From Actinomycetes bacterium (lineage in GTDB: Bacteria > Actinomycetota > Acidimicrobiia > Acidimicrobiales > JANYDT01), in the NCBI GenBank assembly GCA_031368095.1, contig JANLQX010000312.1, positions 1 through 56,586 on the forward strand: a stretch of 56,586 bases of DNA, in the 5' to 3' direction. Shown in pieces: positions 18,066 to 26,364 of this stretch; positions within the stretch are counted from its first letter, which is position 1, and each line of letters begins with the position of its first letter. The notes under the pieces were generated by a model. The model saw only the letters and a program-made list of their open reading frames with translations, did not search any database and was not told where the DNA came from. The position numbers and the translations under genes were made by a program.

Positions 18066-19106
18066 TCACCAGGCGGCGATGCGATGAGCTTCGACAGCAT
18101 GACGAACGGCGTCACGGCCCGGACCGCCGGCGGAAGCGTGCTCGGGCCGATAGTCGCCAGCACACATTGCCGACGCGGTCGCTCCTACACAGCGACTGAG
18201 CGCGTCGAGGTCATATCCGCCTTCGAGAAAGAGCACAAGACGTCCGTCCGAAGGTGCGAGTTGTCGTACCCGCACCGCAAGGTCGGCAAAGTCGCGAGCA
18301 CTCAGCGCCAGGTCGCCGAGGGGATCGTCGCGGTGCGCGTCGAAGCCAGCTGAGACCAGGATCCACGTGGGGCGAAACGCACGAACGGCGGGTTCGATGA
18401 GCTCATCGAAGGCGAGCTGGAACACATCGCCGGTGGCACCCGGCGGAAGCGGCACGTTGATCGTGCAACCCGGCGCGTTCGGCCCTCCCGACTCGTGAAG
18501 GCTCCCGGTGTACGGGTAGTGCGGTGATTGATGCAGCGAGGTGAACAGGGCGCGGTCATCGTCCCAGAACGCCTCCTGGGTTCCGTTGCCGTGATGGACA
18601 TCCCAGTCCACGATCGCCACCCGCTCACCAAGATCGACCAAATGGCGGGCAGCCACGGCCACGTTGTTGAACAGACAAAAGCCCATGCCGGCGCTCGGCC
18701 GGGCATGATGCCCCGGAGGTCGAGTCACCACGAACGCGCTAGCGGCCCGACCTTCGCGTAGGGCCTCGATTGCTCCAATCCCCGCCCCGGCCGAGAGCAG
18801 CGCGGTGTCCCACGAGCCCCGACTGACCGGCGTCGACGCGTCGAGTTCCCCTCCTCCCTTGGCACAGAACGCCTCCAGCGCGTCGAGGTAGGCCTCGTCA
18901 TGGACCGCAGACAGCTCAACTCGAGTCGCCGCACGCGCGCCCTCTACCAACGCAACATCAAGCACTTCGGCATTGCGCAGACCTCGGAAGGCCGCGTGTG
19001 TCCGCGATTCGTTCTCCGGGTGGTTCCCGGTCTCGTGCTGATCACTCTCAACGTTGGAGATCACCAGCAGCGGAGCCGCCACAACAGTCAAACCACGTTC
19101 ATCCAT
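18066..19106 (-). CDS. Zn-dependent histone-deacetylase-family (AcuC/HDAC class II-like) deacetylase
   Basis: Motifs: [35 protein letters not shown]. Confidence 0.85.
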   Translation of the reverse strand: MDERGLTVVAAPLLVISNVESDQHETGNHPENESRTHAAFRGLRNAEVLDVALVEGARAATRVELSAVHDEAYLDALEAFCAKGGGELDASTPVSRGSWDTALLSAGAGIGAIEALREGRAASAFVVTRPPGHHARPSAGMGFCLFNNVAVAARHLVDLGERVAIVDWDVHHGNGTQEAFWDDDRALFTSLHQSPHYPYTGSLHESGGPNAPGCTINVPLPPGATGDVFQLAFDELIEPAVRAFRPTWILVSAGFDAHRDDPLGDLALSARDFADLAVRVRQLAPSDGRLVLFLEGGYDLDALSRCVGATASAMCAGDYRPEHASAGGPGRDAVRHAVEAHRIAAW

Positions 19107-19107
19107 A

Positions 19108-19470
19108 TCAGTCTCCGAGTCTGCCGTCTGGCCCAGCGCTGTGCCGCTCTGCGCGGCGCGCCAGCCGCGCCTGAATCGGGGCGAAGTTCGGGGGGTCGGT
19201 CGGCGAGCCGAGACCGACGCCGTCTACCAACGCCATCGTCTCCTCGATCACGTTGACTGCTTGGTTCACTCGATCAATGACCTCAGGAGATCCGACAGCA
19301 GCAAGGGCCTCGAGGCTCATCCCGATACCGAAAAGGCGTTGACGAACAAGATCAAGAAGGGCGCGTGCTTCATCTTCACGATCCCTCGCCGCCCCGCTAT
19401 GGTCGCCCGAGAGACCCTTCTTCACGACACGACCGGCGCGTGGCGAATCGGAGGCATCATCCATCATCAT
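19108..19470 (-). CDS. stand-alone HisKA_3 (DHp)-like helical protein lacking the phospho-acceptor His
   Basis: [24 protein letters not shown] aligns with the H-box ARDLHDLVIQRLFAAGLGLQSLAA of the kinase at 22578 (15 of 24 identical, His replaced by Leu). It has no ATPase domain. Its stop is 1 nt from the HDAC start. Confidence 0.55.
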   Translation of the reverse strand: MMMDDASDSPRAGRVVKKGLSGDHSGAARDREDEARALLDLVRQRLFGIGMSLEALAAVGSPEVIDRVNQAVNVIEETMALVDGVGLGSPTDPPNFAPIQARLARRAERHSAGPDGRLGD

Positions 19471-19494
19471 CAATTTCCAAGACTTCGTCGGCTA

Positions 19495-19508
19495 GGGACT
19501 TTCGTCCT
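19495..19508. promoter_or_regulatory. DosR/DevR-type box GGGACTTTCGTCCT
   Basis: 25 nt upstream of the ATG at 19470, in the 47-nt gap after the PNPOx-family gene. Confidence 0.45.
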
Positions 19509-19517
19509 GATTGAGCC

Positions 19518-19946
19518 TCATGGATACGCCGACGAACCTCGTGTCAATGCGGCCCAGGTGAACGAGCGCCCGGACAGGTGCTGAATCGGTATGCGAATCA
19601 AATGGTCACGCCGCCCAGGGGCTCGCGCCAACGAGGGCAGGTCGCGCCATCGCGCAATGTGCTGCTCGGCCTGCACTTCTTCGCTGCGCCCCAGCACCAT
19701 CACACTCCAACCACCATCGTCATCAAGACCGTCCGTCTCGAACGCCACGATCGTATTGACCACTGCCGCTGCCAGCTTTGTCCCGGCCTCCGTGAAGAAG
19801 AGAACGCTGTCGTCGGTCGCTTCATAAAAGACGGGAAGGATGACCGGCAACGCGTCAACACTGATTCCGACGCGACCAAGACCGCCAGCGCGCAAGCGCC
19901 CCGAACACTCCGATGTCGACATCGCGTCGAGCCACTTCGTTTCCAC
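19518..19946 (-). CDS. pyridoxamine 5'-phosphate oxidase-family (FMN/F420-binding split-barrel) protein
   Basis: LGRVGISVDALPVILPVFYEATDDSVLFFTEAGTKL...WSVMVLGRSEEV is the typical PNPOx-like pattern. Confidence 0.6.
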   Translation of the reverse strand: METKWLDAMSTSECSGRLRAGGLGRVGISVDALPVILPVFYEATDDSVLFFTEAGTKLAAAVVNTIVAFETDGLDDDGGWSVMVLGRSEEVQAEQHIARWRDLPSLARAPGRRDHLIRIPIQHLSGRSFTWAALTRGSSAYP

Positions 19947-20039
19947 ATTCGTAGTCTCGGCTTGGGCCTCTTCGGCCGAGAAGGGGACTCCGTCCGCAAA
20001 CGACCGCCGAATGGCCCTTCGCTAGGCCGATGCGATGTT

Positions 20040-20053
20040 GGGACTTGCGACCC
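20040..20053. promoter_or_regulatory. DosR/DevR-type box GGGACTTGCGACCC
   Basis: 40 nt upstream of the arcC ATG at 20093, in the divergent gap shared with the PNPOx-family gene. Confidence 0.4.
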
Positions 20054-20092
20054 TTCTACCAACGCCTCACCGTGCGTGAAAGTGATGGTCAT

Positions 20093-21019
20093 ATGACACC
20101 ACTGACCGAGAAGCGTCCCCTCGCCGTTGTCGCCTTTGGTGGAAACGCGCTCCTTCCCAAAGGGGACCCAATCACCATTGCTGCTCAGCGCGAACGCGCT
20201 GAGTTGGCGGCCCACGCGCTCGCGCCCTTGACCACCACCCATCGCCTCGTGATCACCCACGGCAGCGGCCCCCAGATCGGAGTGCTGGCTCAGCAGGCGG
20301 CCAGTGCCACGACGTTTCGAGACATCACGCTCGACGTCCTCGACGCTGAGGTCGAAGCAATGATCGGCTACATCCTCATGCAGGCCCTCGGCGCCGTGCT
20401 CGCTCCACCGGTCGTGACCGTTCTTACCCGGGTCGTCGTGGCTCCGGACGATCCCGCCTTCGCCGTACCGACCAAACCGATCGGTCCCTATGTCGACGCC
20501 GAAACAGCTGCGCACTTACGAACGTCAGCGGGCTGGACCTTTCTCGAACACCAAGGCCGCCACCGACGCATCGTCGCCTCACCCGACCCGGTCGAGGTGG
20601 TGGAGTTGAGCGCGATTCGGGTTCTGGTCGACGCCGGTTTCGTGCCGATTTGCGCCGGTGGCGGCGGAATCCCCGTCGTTCGTTCGGGGGGTGCCCTTTC
20701 CGGGGTCGAAGCTGTAGTTGACAAAGATGCTGTTACCGCACTGATCGCTATTGGCCTGAATGCCGACGTGATGATGCTGCTGACCGACGTCGAGGGGCTC
20801 ATGACCGAGTGGGGCACCGATCATGCCCAGGTCGTGCGAAGGACGGACGCGGCGGCGGTTCGATCGCTCCACCTCGAAGCCGGATCGATGGGCCCCAAGG
20901 TTCGAGCGTGCGCCGACTTCACCGCCGCCACCGGACGTCCATCGTTCATCGGCCGCCTCGCCGATGCCGTGGACGTGCTTGCTGGTCGAACGGGCACGAT
21001 GTTCTCGGCCGAGGGTTAG
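20093..21019 (+). CDS. arcC: carbamate kinase
   Basis: ORF 20030..21019 trimmed to the ATG at 20093. Motifs: LAVVAFGGNALL, VITHGSGPQIG, ICAGGGGIPVV, VVDKDAVTALIA. Confidence 0.8.
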   Translation: MTPLTEKRPLAVVAFGGNALLPKGDPITIAAQRERAELAAHALAPLTTTHRLVITHGSGPQIGVLAQQAASATTFRDITLDVLDAEVEAMIGYILMQALGAVLAPPVVTVLTRVVVAPDDPAFAVPTKPIGPYVDAETAAHLRTSAGWTFLEHQGRHRRIVASPDPVEVVELSAIRVLVDAGFVPICAGGGGIPVVRSGGALSGVEAVVDKDAVTALIAIGLNADVMMLLTDVEGLMTEWGTDHAQVVRRTDAAAVRSLHLEAGSMGPKVRACADFTAATGRPSFIGRLADAVDVLAGRTGTMFSAEG

Positions 21020-21699
21020 CTCTGTTCTTTCGCTCGGACGGCGTAGACCGCGGCCTCGGTCCGACGCGAGAAGCCAAGCTTCGACAGCACCGACGACATG
21101 TAGTTCTTGACGGTCTTTTCGGCAATATGCAACTGCTGTCCGATCTGGCGGTTCGTCATTCCTTCGGCCACGAGATCGAGGATGCTGCGCTCGAGCTTCG
21201 TGAGCGACACGAGCTTTGGATCTTCACGAGCCGTTGGGTTACGAACGCGTTCCAGGAGCTGGCGCGTCATGGCTGGATCGATCAGTGACTCGCCGGCCGC
21301 CACCCGCCGCACCGTGTTGGCAAGATCATTGCCGCGCACCTGTTTGAGAACGAACCCGGCAGCGCCGGCAAGTACCGCCTGGAACATCGCCTCCTCGTCA
21401 GAGAACGACGTGAGCATGAGACAGGCAACGTTGGGCATTGCCGAGCGAACATCTCGACAGACCTCGACGCCGCTGCCATCGGGCAGCTGCACGTCGAGGA
21501 TGGCAACGTCGGGCGACGTGGCGCTGATGCGGGGAACCGCATCGGCGCAGAGCCCCGCCTCCCCGACCACCGTGATGCCACCGGACGCTTCTAGAAGGGA
21601 CCGAACCCCCTGCCGGACTACTTCGTGGTCGTCGAGCAGAAACACTCGAATCGGTCGCTGCTCAGACTGATCGTTGTCCACGAGCGCAGTTGAACACAT
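21016..21699 (-). CDS. NarL/LuxR-family response regulator, DosR/DevR-like
   Basis: Receiver domain IRVFLLDDHEVVRQGVRSLL...VAILDVQLPDGSG. The C-terminal HTH LTKLERSILDLVAEGMTNRQIGQQLHIAEKTVKNYMSSVLSKLGFSRRTEAAVYA has the same AEKTVKNY recognition-helix string as M. tuberculosis DosR (recalled from memory). Confidence 0.85.
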   Translation of the reverse strand: MCSTALVDNDQSEQRPIRVFLLDDHEVVRQGVRSLLEASGGITVVGEAGLCADAVPRISATSPDVAILDVQLPDGSGVEVCRDVRSAMPNVACLMLTSFSDEEAMFQAVLAGAAGFVLKQVRGNDLANTVRRVAAGESLIDPAMTRQLLERVRNPTAREDPKLVSLTKLERSILDLVAEGMTNRQIGQQLHIAEKTVKNYMSSVLSKLGFSRRTEAAVYAVRAKEQS

Positions 21700-21717
21700 G
21701 GCCGGTACCCGGTCCAA

Positions 21718-21731
21718 GGGACCATGGTCCC
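21718..21731. promoter_or_regulatory. DosR/DevR-type box GGGACCATGGTCCC (perfect 14-bp palindrome)
   Basis: 19 nt upstream of the regulator ATG at 21699, which suggests autoregulation. Confidence 0.5.
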
Positions 21732-21754
21732 GAACGTTGTTGACCTCGTCGCAC

Positions 21755-22423
21755 TTACGGTGCGCTTGGAACGAATTCGGCGGCGGTGCGTCGGAAACCC
21801 CAGGCCGCGAGCAAGGCGAGAAGGGCGGCGGCAACAAACGCCGCCATCGAGGCAAGGGTGGCGATGCGACTCACCACGGACCAGCCCCAGGCGTACAGCA
21901 GGAGACCCCGCAACGTCTCGCCGCGGAAGAGCGCCTGGGTTTGTCCATCGAGGGCAACGGCCTTGGTATCGAGGACACCCGAATCCGCCGTCTTCGCCGT
22001 CTTCGCCGCATCCGCCGCCGCCCGGGCGGCGCGAGCCTCAGCGCTCGTCTCCGCGTACGTCTTCGCGCTGTTCACGTTGCTGAGGTGAACGGCAATGAAC
22101 TCATTCGCGTACGCCTTGGCCTTTGGTCCGCTGTTGACGACCTGGCCGCCGTAGCGCTGCAGGCCGGGGTAGGTCTTGGCGTCGAGGGCCGGGCTGTTCG
22201 CCGCCGGGAAGGTAATCCGCTGTGCCGCGAGTTGGTCGTGAACCATGTTGGAGCCGAAGCTGCCCCCGCGCTGCAACAGCACGGCGGCAATCAGCAGAAC
22301 GATGGCTAGCAAGCCCTCCAACAACGCACGCCGGGTCCGGCCATGTTGTTCGACGGTGGCCACAAGGCGCGATCCATCTTGTCGTGAAAGTGGGTTCGTA
22401 AGCGGACTGGCAATCGATGACAT
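21755..22423 (-). CDS. two-TM membrane protein with ~140-aa extracytoplasmic Ala-rich domain, unknown function
   Basis: ATG at 22423 (MSSIASP). TM1 is LLEGLLAIVLLIAAVLL and TM2 is IATLASMAAFVAAALLALLAAWGF. It lies immediately upstream of the response regulator on the same strand. Confidence 0.5.
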   Translation of the reverse strand: MSSIASPLTNPLSRQDGSRLVATVEQHGRTRRALLEGLLAIVLLIAAVLLQRGGSFGSNMVHDQLAAQRITFPAANSPALDAKTYPGLQRYGGQVVNSGPKAKAYANEFIAVHLSNVNSAKTYAETSAEARAARAAADAAKTAKTADSGVLDTKAVALDGQTQALFRGETLRGLLLYAWGWSVVSRIATLASMAAFVAAALLALLAAWGFRRTAAEFVPSAP

Positions 22424-22577
22424 GTTCAAGCTCCCGTTATCGCCCCGACGGATGCCAGGACTGCAACCCACGATGACGCCGGGAACGCAGTGACGTGAAG
22501 GGCCGAACGGCAATCCTCACCAGGACTTCCGACTCCCGTGTTTCAGACGCCGTTCTTTGGGGTAAACAGGCGTCAGT

Positions 22578-24335
22578 ATGCTCTCCTTTGGCGCCGTCGT
22601 CGCAGCGATCGATACGTTGCCCCTGCCGTCTCTGGCGCTCCCGCTGCTTGATGCCGCCCCCGACGGGATGCTTTTGACCAACGCCGCCGGAACCATCGTG
22701 TTGGTCAACAAGCAACTCGAAGCCCTCTTCGGATACACGAGGAACGAGCTCGTAGGAACGGCCGTTGAGCGCCTTCTTCCCGAACGCTTCCAGGGTGGCC
22801 ATACCGCCCATCGTCGGGAGTACCACCGCAATCCGCAGCCACGATCAATGGGTTCGGGCCTCGACCTGTGGGCGCGACGAGCCGACGGCTCAGAGTTCCC
22901 GGTCGAGATCAGCCTCAGCCCGGTCACCGAGAACAGTGAGGTGTTCTACTTCGCCTCGATTCGAGATGTGACTGACCGGGTCGAGACGGAGCGACAGCTA
23001 CGCGAGACCGAAGCAGCGTTTCGGGCCTCATTCGAAGATGCACCCGTCGGCATGATGATCGTCGACCTGGAGCCGTCGGGTGGTCGAACGATCCAACAGG
23101 CGAACCGAGCAATGGGCGCGATGCTCGGCCTCTCGGCGGAGACACTCCAGGGCATGAGTGTTGACGATGTCGCGCACCCCGACGACAACGACACGGCGAA
23201 AACAGCGGCCTCGGAAATGCTGGACGGCACGCGTCGTGAGCAACAGACGGAGCGCCGCTTTCGTCGCGCCGATGGCACCTTCGGTTGGATGGAAGTACAC
23301 GCTCGGGCCATTGTGCGCGGGGGCGCGCTCCAGGTCCTCACTCACGCGCTCGACGTAAGCGACCGACACGCAACGGAGCAGGCCCGGGAGCGGACGGTGG
23401 CCTGGACCGCGGCGCTGGCTGATACGCGTCGCTCGTTGCTCGACGGTGAACTGCCGGCGACCGCGCTGACCAACCTCAGCGAACAGGCCCGACGGCTCGC
23501 TGCCGCTGACCATGCGTGGGTTACTGAGGACGGAATTGGTTTCGAAGCGACGAACGACGCTCGTCGTCTTGAACTCCCGCTCGGCCCCGGGGTGGGAGGC
23601 AAACCAAGCACCCTGATCCTCACGAAAGAGAGCACCGGAGCAGTCTTTGCGCCGGACACCATCACCGCCGTCACGAACTTCGCGGAGCAGGTAGTGCTGG
23701 CCGTCGAAGCGAGCAAGTCGCGTCAGAACCAAGCTCGGCTCAATATTCTCGAGGATCGCGACCGCATCGCTCGTGACCTGCACGACCTCGTGATCCAGCG
23801 TCTGTTTGCGGCAGGCCTCGGTCTGCAGTCTCTCGCCGCTCGGACCGAAGCTACGCCGATCAGTGATCGACTCGAAGCCACCGTTACCGAGCTCGACAAC
23901 ATCATCCGCGAGCTCCGCTCAACGATCTTCGGTCTCGGCCGAATTGACCGGGTCACATCGGTTCGCCAGCAGATCACCGACGCCGCCCTATCTCACACCG
24001 AGGCGCTCGGCTTTTCCCCTCGGGTCACCTTCAACGGCGACGTCGACGAACTCCCACTGGCCGTCGTCGAACAGCTCCTCCCGACGTTGCACGAAGCATT
24101 GAGCAACGTCGTTCGCCACGCCGCCGCCTCCTCGGCCAGCGTTACCGTTGACCTCAGAACCGATCGCGCCGTCCTCGAAATTCTCGATGACGGCATCGGC
24201 ATAAATGACGACGGCATCCGAGGAAATGGCCTCACCAACTTGATCAGCCGAGCACGTCGGATCGGTGGGGACTGCGTTGTTGAACGCCGCGTCAATGGTC
24301 AGGGCACCGCCGTGGTTTGGACCGCTCCCCGCTGA
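22578..24335 (+). CDS. soluble PAS-PAS sensor histidine kinase (HisKA_3 / HATPase_c, NarL-partner type)
   Basis: No TM segment. PAS1 spans aa ~22-135 and PAS2 aa ~140-260. H-box DRIARDLHDLVIQRLF. ATPase boxes HEALSNVVRHA, DDGIGI, GNGLTNL. Confidence 0.85.
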   Translation: MLSFGAVVAAIDTLPLPSLALPLLDAAPDGMLLTNAAGTIVLVNKQLEALFGYTRNELVGTAVERLLPERFQGGHTAHRREYHRNPQPRSMGSGLDLWARRADGSEFPVEISLSPVTENSEVFYFASIRDVTDRVETERQLRETEAAFRASFEDAPVGMMIVDLEPSGGRTIQQANRAMGAMLGLSAETLQGMSVDDVAHPDDNDTAKTAASEMLDGTRREQQTERRFRRADGTFGWMEVHARAIVRGGALQVLTHALDVSDRHATEQARERTVAWTAALADTRRSLLDGELPATALTNLSEQARRLAAADHAWVTEDGIGFEATNDARRLELPLGPGVGGKPSTLILTKESTGAVFAPDTITAVTNFAEQVVLAVEASKSRQNQARLNILEDRDRIARDLHDLVIQRLFAAGLGLQSLAARTEATPISDRLEATVTELDNIIRELRSTIFGLGRIDRVTSVRQQITDAALSHTEALGFSPRVTFNGDVDELPLAVVEQLLPTLHEALSNVVRHAAASSASVTVDLRTDRAVLEILDDGIGINDDGIRGNGLTNLISRARRIGGDCVVERRVNGQGTAVVWTAPR

Positions 24336-24351
24336 AGGCTGATTTCAGGCC

Positions 24352-25209
24352 TTAGGCCCGAAATGGAACGGCGCGATAGGTCTTCGCCAGGTCGACCACG
24401 GCCACATGAGCGGGCTCTGGATGCAAGATGGTGACCATGACCGGCACCGGTGAGGTGGCCAGAAGTTTTCTCGTCGTGCTGCCGAAAACAAGTTGATGTA
24501 TACGGTCCATACCGCGGCTGCCGACGCAGATCACCGACCCCGGCACGTGCTCGGCCACGTCGACGATGGCCGTCGCCGGGTGCTTGGAGTGCACCACGTC
24601 CCAGTTCTTCTCCCCGGTCGTTTCCATCGCCAGGGCTGTTTGGTGGACGAGCGAAACCTCGATGAGATCCTCCGGGAGTTTGAGGTCTGGATCAACGACC
24701 TGGATCACGGTCACAGCAGCTGCCATAACGGCGGCAAGTCCACCGGCGATCTTGGCTGAGTAGGCCGACTCCGGGGTTCCGTCAATGCTCACCACGAAAT
24801 TGGAGAAGTCGGTGTCGGGCCGGCAATGGGGTCCAACGGCCAAAACTGGAACCGTGCAGTACGAGAGCACGTCGGACGTTGATGTTCCCAGAATCAGGTC
24901 CCACGCCCCAGACACGGCGCTGGCGGTCATCACGACCAGCGATCCAACGGTGGCGACGTCATTCAACGCATCGGCCACCGATGGGGCCCGACGTAGTTCG
25001 ATGTCGAGCACGTTCACGCCCAGCCCGTCGAGCTGCGTCGCAAGTAGTTCGCGGCGTTCTCGCAAGTCTGTGTCAGGTTTGACGGCGGAGACGACCCGAA
25101 TCGGTGCGCCGAGTCGATGAGCAAGTACATCGGCCACGGCGAGCGCACGAAGGTTCGACGTTCGACCGCCTAGAGGAACGAGGATTTCACTGAAGGGGAT
25201 CCGAGTCAT
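24352..25209 (-). CDS. tandem universal stress protein (two USP domains)
   Basis: ATG at 25209. Two repeats with a USP ATP-binding-type tail (ICVGSRGMDRIHQLVFGSTTRKLL...PVPVMV). Confidence 0.8.
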   Translation of the reverse strand: MTRIPFSEILVPLGGRTSNLRALAVADVLAHRLGAPIRVVSAVKPDTDLRERRELLATQLDGLGVNVLDIELRRAPSVADALNDVATVGSLVVMTASAVSGAWDLILGTSTSDVLSYCTVPVLAVGPHCRPDTDFSNFVVSIDGTPESAYSAKIAGGLAAVMAAAVTVIQVVDPDLKLPEDLIEVSLVHQTALAMETTGEKNWDVVHSKHPATAIVDVAEHVPGSVICVGSRGMDRIHQLVFGSTTRKLLATSPVPVMVTILHPEPAHVAVVDLAKTYRAVPFRA

Positions 25210-25244
25210 GGATTGATTCTCACGAACGCCGAATGCCCGTTCCA

Positions 25245-25258
25245 GGGCCATCGGTCCC
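25245..25258. promoter_or_regulatory. DosR/DevR-type box GGGCCATCGGTCCC
   Basis: 36 nt upstream of the USP ATG at 25209. Confidence 0.4.
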
Positions 25259-25290
25259 GCTCGGCGGGGACATGAGTCGCACGTGCGTCC

Positions 25291-26364
25291 TCAATGCAGC
25301 ACGTGGTGGAGCTGACTCAGGACGGTTACCGCAACGATGATGGCACCGGCAAACACGGCATTTATCTCGGCCAGCCGGAACAGTTCTCCGCCACCCACCG
25401 GTGGATCGTCATTCACCATGGCACCCACGCTGGCCAGGCGAACCTCACGGGTGCGCCGCACCGGAGACGGCGACAGCAGTCCGGCGATCCTCCACGTCGT
25501 CACCATCGACGCCATCACGATGAGCATCTTGAACACAAAGACGGCGAGGTAGGCGCTTCCCAAACGGCTGGCGAGGAGTTGCGACGGGTGGAGTAGTCCC
25601 GCCGACGACCGTTGCACGTTCTCGAGTCCGGAGAAGGTAGCGACCGCCAGGCCTCCACCGGCTAGGAGCCGGTAGCGGGCGGAAATGAATTCGACGACGG
25701 CTCGTCGACCGGAACCGTGACCAAGCCGACCGGCCAGCGCCAGTCCGAGAACGGCAAAGATCCAAGCTGCCGCTCCGAGTGAGTGGGCCAGCATCGAGCC
25801 GAGACCGACCGGATCAAGCCGTTCGACGGCAGCCACGTGTTGCTCACTGGCCAGATGCGAGGTCGGCGCGGTGCCGGTGTCGGCGCGATACCCGGCCGGG
25901 GTGTAGCGATCAAAGAAGGTCGGGTCTTGGGCCAGCATCGCTCGACGTGACGGAGAGGCGGAAGAACCGTGGGCGCCGGCCACGGCACCGGTGCCATCGA
26001 TCTTCGTAGTGAACAGATCGACCCGGTTGACCGGACTGTGCACTCTCACCACGAGTACCCAGTCCCCATCAGCCGGGAAGCGGACGGTCGCTTGGTATCC
26101 CATGCCGTCGGAGCGCAGCGGGGTGGTCGGCACACGAAGGTCGGGATCGGCCCCCAGTCCGCCGAGGTCGAGATCAGCATCAGGAATCGACGTGCCCTTC
26201 TCATCGTCCAACAGCACTTCATACGTATGCGTTGCTCCCTGGGACTGGACCTCTCGAAGCCGAACTGAACTCGACGAAGGTGCCGCCGTCACCGAGGAGC
26301 CCGCCGCACTACTAAGCGCGCCTACTAGTCCAATCAGCACTGCACCGCGGCGAAAGGCCCTCAT
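25291..26364 (-). CDS. membrane protein: secreted YtkA/FixH-like beta domain + CopD-like multi-TM C-terminus
   Basis: The ATG at 26364 overlaps the stop of the upstream oxidase (ATGA). It has a signal peptide (MRAFRRGAVLIGLVGALSSAAG) and 4-5 C-terminal TM helices. The domain names are my recollection of the family patterns. Confidence 0.5.
   Translation of the reverse strand: MRAFRRGAVLIGLVGALSSAAGSSVTAAPSSSSVRLREVQSQGATHTYEVLLDDEKGTSIPDADLDLGGLGADPDLRVPTTPLRSDGMGYQATVRFPADGDWVLVVRVHSPVNRVDLFTTKIDGTGAVAGAHGSSASPSRRAMLAQDPTFFDRYTPAGYRADTGTAPTSHLASEQHVAAVERLDPVGLGSMLAHSLGAAAWIFAVLGLALAGRLGHGSGRRAVVEFISARYRLLAGGGLAVATFSGLENVQRSSAGLLHPSQLLASRLGSAYLAVFVFKMLIVMASMVTTWRIAGLLSPSPVRRTREVRLASVGAMVNDDPPVGGGELFRLAEINAVFAGAIIVAVTVLSQLHHVLH

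Noticed and set aside
15593-18163. N-terminal extensions offered by the ORF track. Examples: xfp to 18163, aguB from 5896, the 2-HADH to 46717, purB to 33097, the USP from 27388, the regulator to 21855 and the MFS to 35624.
   Set aside because: The extensions overlap neighbouring genes or regulatory boxes and add non-homologous Arg/Pro-rich sequence. In-frame ATG or GTG codons at the point where family-typical N-termini begin give compact, non-overlapping gene models.
21016-21019. Convergent gene ends overlapping by 4-8 nt (21016-21019, 40891-40898, 53728-53731) as a possible sign of mis-annotation or antisense regulation.
   Set aside because: Short stop-codon overlaps of convergent genes are common in compact high-GC genomes. 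Both partners have intact family-typical C-termini.
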